From IMG/VR virus record IMGVR_UViG_3300025789_000033: a stretch of 20,000 nt of DNA, one strand, 5' to 3'. The notes under the pieces were generated by a model. That model ran no database searches, was not told the DNA's origin, and saw nothing but the letters and a program-made list of their open reading frames with translations. The position numbers were made by a program, and so were the translations under genes. This stretch comes from an uncultured virus (IMG/VR IMGVR_UViG_3300025789_000033). Its lineage: Duplodnaviria; Heunggongvirae; Uroviricota; Caudoviricetes. This document shows positions 17,132 to 20,000 of this stretch, in pieces. Every line of letters starts with the position of its first letter. Position 1 is the first letter of the stretch.

Positions 17132-17920
17132 TTAAATGCCTCTAATCCAATATTTGTCCGGAGACCAATCTAGCATTTTTGCATACTTACTTCTAAGGTG
17201 TGAGTGGAACACGGTATTTTTCAATAAATTTTGAGCAATATGCGCCCAATCAGCATCTGGAACAATACCTAATTTTGGACCTAAATAAGTACGTACATAA
17301 TTGTAATGTGCTTCTGGTGTAGGATGCGGATCAGTATAGTCAACTAGTTTTCCAGTTTGTAGTTCCCACTCTTCATTTTTACAAGTGAACATGGGATAGT
17401 GATTGACAAAAAACTCGTTCAGGGGAGGAGACCATTTATCTGTTGAGAAAACAGATTTATATTTTTCTAGTTTGGGAAATTGATCAATTGGCTTGATCAA
17501 ATCGTTCATAGTAAACATAGCCCAGGTACAGGGCAAAGTTTCTAATAATGCTGTAGACAACTTAATAAAGTTATAGGTGTGCATCATGAAGCTTTCTTCT
17601 TGCCAATACTGCTCTACCCAAGATTGAGGATACTGCGGATTAAGCAATACACTACCACCGCAGTTCCACCCAGTAGGAGCCCAGTTCTTATTAGAGTGTA
17701 AATCAAATCTATGAAAATCAGTCCACTGAATTACAATGGTATCATCTTGAGTAATGTCGTTAGTGACAACTAACTCAGCAAGACGTTCTGCAATAGCACG
17801 ATTGCCAAATCCGCTATTACCCCAATTTTCAAAATGATCGTATTCTTTACCAAGCATGTCAGCCCAAGTAGGCCAATGATACTTGGTAAAGCTACAACCT
17901 ACTACAAACAAACGTCTCAT
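17132..17920 (-). CDS. SGNH/GDSL-like protein
   Basis: [22 protein letters not shown] and DPHP motifs. Confidence 0.7.
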   Translation of the reverse strand: MRRLFVVGCSFTKYHWPTWADMLGKEYDHFENWGNSGFGNRAIAERLAELVVTNDITQDDTIVIQWTDFHRFDLHSNKNWAPTGWNCGGSVLLNPQYPQSWVEQYWQEESFMMHTYNFIKLSTALLETLPCTWAMFTMNDLIKPIDQFPKLEKYKSVFSTDKWSPPLNEFFVNHYPMFTCKNEEWELQTGKLVDYTDPHPTPEAHYNYVRTYLGPKLGIVPDADWAHIAQNLLKNTVFHSHLRSKYAKMLDWSPDKYWIRGI

Positions 17921-18504
17921 CTTTTGGTGATAATCTCGTCAATCAATCCAAAATCCAACGCTTCCTGCGCACTCATGAAGTTATCACGTTCCATAGCGGA
18001 ATAAAACTCTTCAAATGTTTTTCCCTTGCTATTATGGTTAACATACAGCTGGGTTAAATTCTGCTTCATTTTTAGGATCTCTTTTACTTGGATTTCCATG
18101 TCAGTAGCTTGTCCGCCAGCACCGCCGCTAGGTTGGTGAATCATGTGGCGAGCGTTAGGTAGCATTTTGCGTTTGCCAGGAGCGCCAGCAGTGGCGAGTA
18201 AACTACCCATTGAGCAAGCCTGTCCCATAACGATGGTTTGGACGTCTGGCTTGATAAACTGCATAGTGTCGTAAATTGCCATGCCAGCGGTAACAACACC
18301 GCCAGGACTATTAATGAAAAAATGAATATCCTCATTACCTTGACTTTCTAAAAATAATAGTTGAGCTACTAACAAACTAGCAGAATGTTCATTAACATCT
18401 GTATCTAACATAACAATACGGTCTTTAAGCAGTCGACTGTAAATATCATAACTACGTTCACCTCGGGCTTCGGTCTCAATGACCATTGGTACTAAATTTG
18501 GCAT
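17917..18504 (-). CDS. clpP: ATP-dependent Clp protease proteolytic subunit
   Basis: [24 protein letters not shown] (Ser), MIHQP (His) and ERD (Asp). Confidence 0.96.
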   Translation of the reverse strand: MPNLVPMVIETEARGERSYDIYSRLLKDRIVMLDTDVNEHSASLLVAQLLFLESQGNEDIHFFINSPGGVVTAGMAIYDTMQFIKPDVQTIVMGQACSMGSLLATAGAPGKRKMLPNARHMIHQPSGGAGGQATDMEIQVKEILKMKQNLTQLYVNHNSKGKTFEEFYSAMERDNFMSAQEALDFGLIDEIITKR

Positions 18505-18719
18505 TACATCTCCATTGTTAAAGTAAATTCTTTGTCGTGTTGGCTAAGATAGTAACTAGCCAATTTAAACATAGTACGTGCATGCTCAATATCTACAGGC
18601 ACAATAATACGTTCGCCATCACGCAATTGGCGTAATTCTTCTGCATCTTGTAATGCTACCTTTTCCATGGCTTCGTAATCACGAGCCATTTCCATTAATT
18701 CAATTTCGTTATATATCAT
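18504..18719 (-). CDS. Hypothetical protein
   Basis: 71 aa; start and stop overlap the neighbouring genes (ATGA and TAATG). Confidence 0.7.
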   Translation of the reverse strand: MIYNEIELMEMARDYEAMEKVALQDAEELRQLRDGERIIVPVDIEHARTMFKLASYYLSQHDKEFTLTMEM

Positions 18720-19003
18720 TCTGCTGGCTCGTACGTAGCTTCAAATATATCCGGCTTGCAGGCATAAAATTCGCCTTGCACACCTTTGATAATCCAATCG
18801 CCTTCTGTGGCAATATGCTTGACAGTTAAATGGACACCGTCTTCTAGTGTGCCAATTTCTGCTTCTCCCTTGGCAGTAAGATGTCGTTGTTTACTAACAT
18901 TTCCCAATGCTTTGCCACAAAATGCTTCTAAGTTGGCAATACCTTCATCTGAGTAGATAAACTGGATTGCATCAATTACTACTGGTTTTTTTCTAAACTT
19001 CAT
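18716..19003 (-). CDS. Conserved small phage protein (MKFRKKPVVIDA...GDWIIKGVQGEFYACKPDIF)
   Basis: Recognisable widespread phage family of unknown function; start reassigned to ATG 19003, which has GAGG upstream. Confidence 0.8.
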   Translation of the reverse strand: MKFRKKPVVIDAIQFIYSDEGIANLEAFCGKALGNVSKQRHLTAKGEAEIGTLEDGVHLTVKHIATEGDWIIKGVQGEFYACKPDIFEATYEPAE

Positions 19004-19469
19004 TTGTTTCCTCAATACCTTCATACTGGGCAAGTTGCTTTTTGAAAGTTTCAAGTTGCTCAATCAAATTAGTAACACCGCCATGGTTCATAGTGATAGC
19101 ACTATATCCCATTTTGAACTCTAGACGATTCTCACTAGTCATTCCTAATGTGTAATAGGTCACAGTAGGCTTTTTAGGTTCAGGAATATAACCGCCACCA
19201 TCACCTCCACCGTGTTCAGGCTCTTTAGGAAATGGAACTACATTACTGGGTTTCTTTTTAAACATATCAAACATATGATTCTCTTTCATATTAAGCCAGC
19301 GAGCCAGCGGATTACACATTAAGGGTAAAGCCACCATAACAAGCCATACCAACTCTACAAGCATAGTATAGTCTCTATAAGGGCTAAAAGCAACTAATAC
19401 GGTTATACTAAGATAAAGAACACCGCTCCAGAAGAGCCAATGACCTCCGGAGCGAGCAAACAGTTTCAT
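18993..19469 (-). CDS. Hypothetical membrane protein (two N-terminal TM segments)
   Basis: Two hydrophobic stretches in the first 55 aa, then a G/P-rich linker and a soluble domain. Confidence 0.7.
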   Translation of the reverse strand: MKLFARSGGHWLFWSGVLYLSITVLVAFSPYRDYTMLVELVWLVMVALPLMCNPLARWLNMKENHMFDMFKKKPSNVVPFPKEPEHGGGDGGGYIPEPKKPTVTYYTLGMTSENRLEFKMGYSAITMNHGGVTNLIEQLETFKKQLAQYEGIEETNEV

Positions 19470-19470
19470 A

Positions 19471-19956
19471 TTACTGAATCGGGAATGGTGATACTAAAAT
19501 ACGTGGTTCAATATAGACAGGCTTAGCCTTGCCATCTTTATGATCCACACACAATACCCATGTACCATCAGCTGATGCCGGACTGTACAATCCGTTTGGA
19601 TCTGCTTGTGGCAGAGTCACGTAGCCATGAGTGCCATCACCGCCAACACGCATTGGATTGGTGTACTGTGTAGCATAAGGCAAGCCAAAGCCAACCGAAT
19701 CACATACTTTAGTTAGTTGGTTATTCATACCAACCAAATAGGTTGTAGTGGGCATACTACGGTCACGCAATTCAAGAATATCTTTGAACATACGCTTTTC
19801 AGCAAAGTTAGTGATTGCTGGCATACCAACTGACTGTACAGCCTGCAGGCTTAATTCTTCTTGCTTACGGCGCTCGATCTGAGTTGATGTTTCATGCGGG
19901 GCATCACATGCTGTCAAAAGTGTTGCGACAGCGGCAAGGGCTAGGATACGTTTCAT
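19471..19956 (-). CDS. Putative lipoprotein
   Basis: MKRILALAAVATLLTAC signal peptide with lipobox; GAGG RBS. Confidence 0.8.
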   Translation of the reverse strand: MKRILALAAVATLLTACDAPHETSTQIERRKQEELSLQAVQSVGMPAITNFAEKRMFKDILELRDRSMPTTTYLVGMNNQLTKVCDSVGFGLPYATQYTNPMRVGGDGTHGYVTLPQADPNGLYSPASADGTWVLCVDHKDGKAKPVYIEPRILVSPFPIQ

Positions 19957-20000
19957 TTTACAAACCTCGGAATTTTGGCTTCAGTGCCATGATATTGAAA
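19953..20000 (-). CDS. Probable 3' end of an upstream gene (partial)
   Basis: Open frame FQYHGTEAKIPRFVK* whose TGA overlaps the lipoprotein ATG (ATGA). Confidence 0.4.
   Translation of the reverse strand, partial: FQYHGTEAKIPRFVK

Noticed and set aside
1..20000. Stop-codon reassignment, CRISPR arrays, tRNAs, introns/inteins, transposases
   Set aside because: Known genes are full length in code 11, and TAA, TAG and TGA all appear as stops. By eye I saw no spaced nucleotide repeats, cloverleafs or interrupted genes.

Overview
AT-rich, densely packed, mostly minus-strand segment of a large T4-like (myovirus/jumbo-type) phage genome, read in the standard genetic code. It holds the 5' 3.5 kb of a very large virion protein that the ORF track missed; this protein has a T4 gp9/gp10-like N-terminus and repeated CxRD...D(L/F)xxGxN motifs. 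Host-like genes include an ErpA/IscA Fe-S carrier, Fe/Mn SOD, UvsE, a divergent QueD/PTPS, ClpP, a MazG-like pyrophosphatase and an ATP-dependent DNA ligase. There is also a tail-fibre-like repeat protein, a putative ADP-ribosyltransferase, an HExxH protein and a 2OG-Fe(II) oxygenase / twitch radical SAM / SGNH-like cassette. Two promoter classes are visible: sigma70-like TTGAC(A/C)-16/17-TATAAT, and T4-late-like TAAATA. Two TAAATA sites lie in hairpins that bury the downstream RBS or start codon. The most intriguing element is a compact preQ1-I-like pseudoknot leader, with an alternative start-codon-sequestering helix, upstream of a QueD homologue that has lost two of its three canonical Zn-binding histidines. 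All calls come from manual reading; no searches were run.
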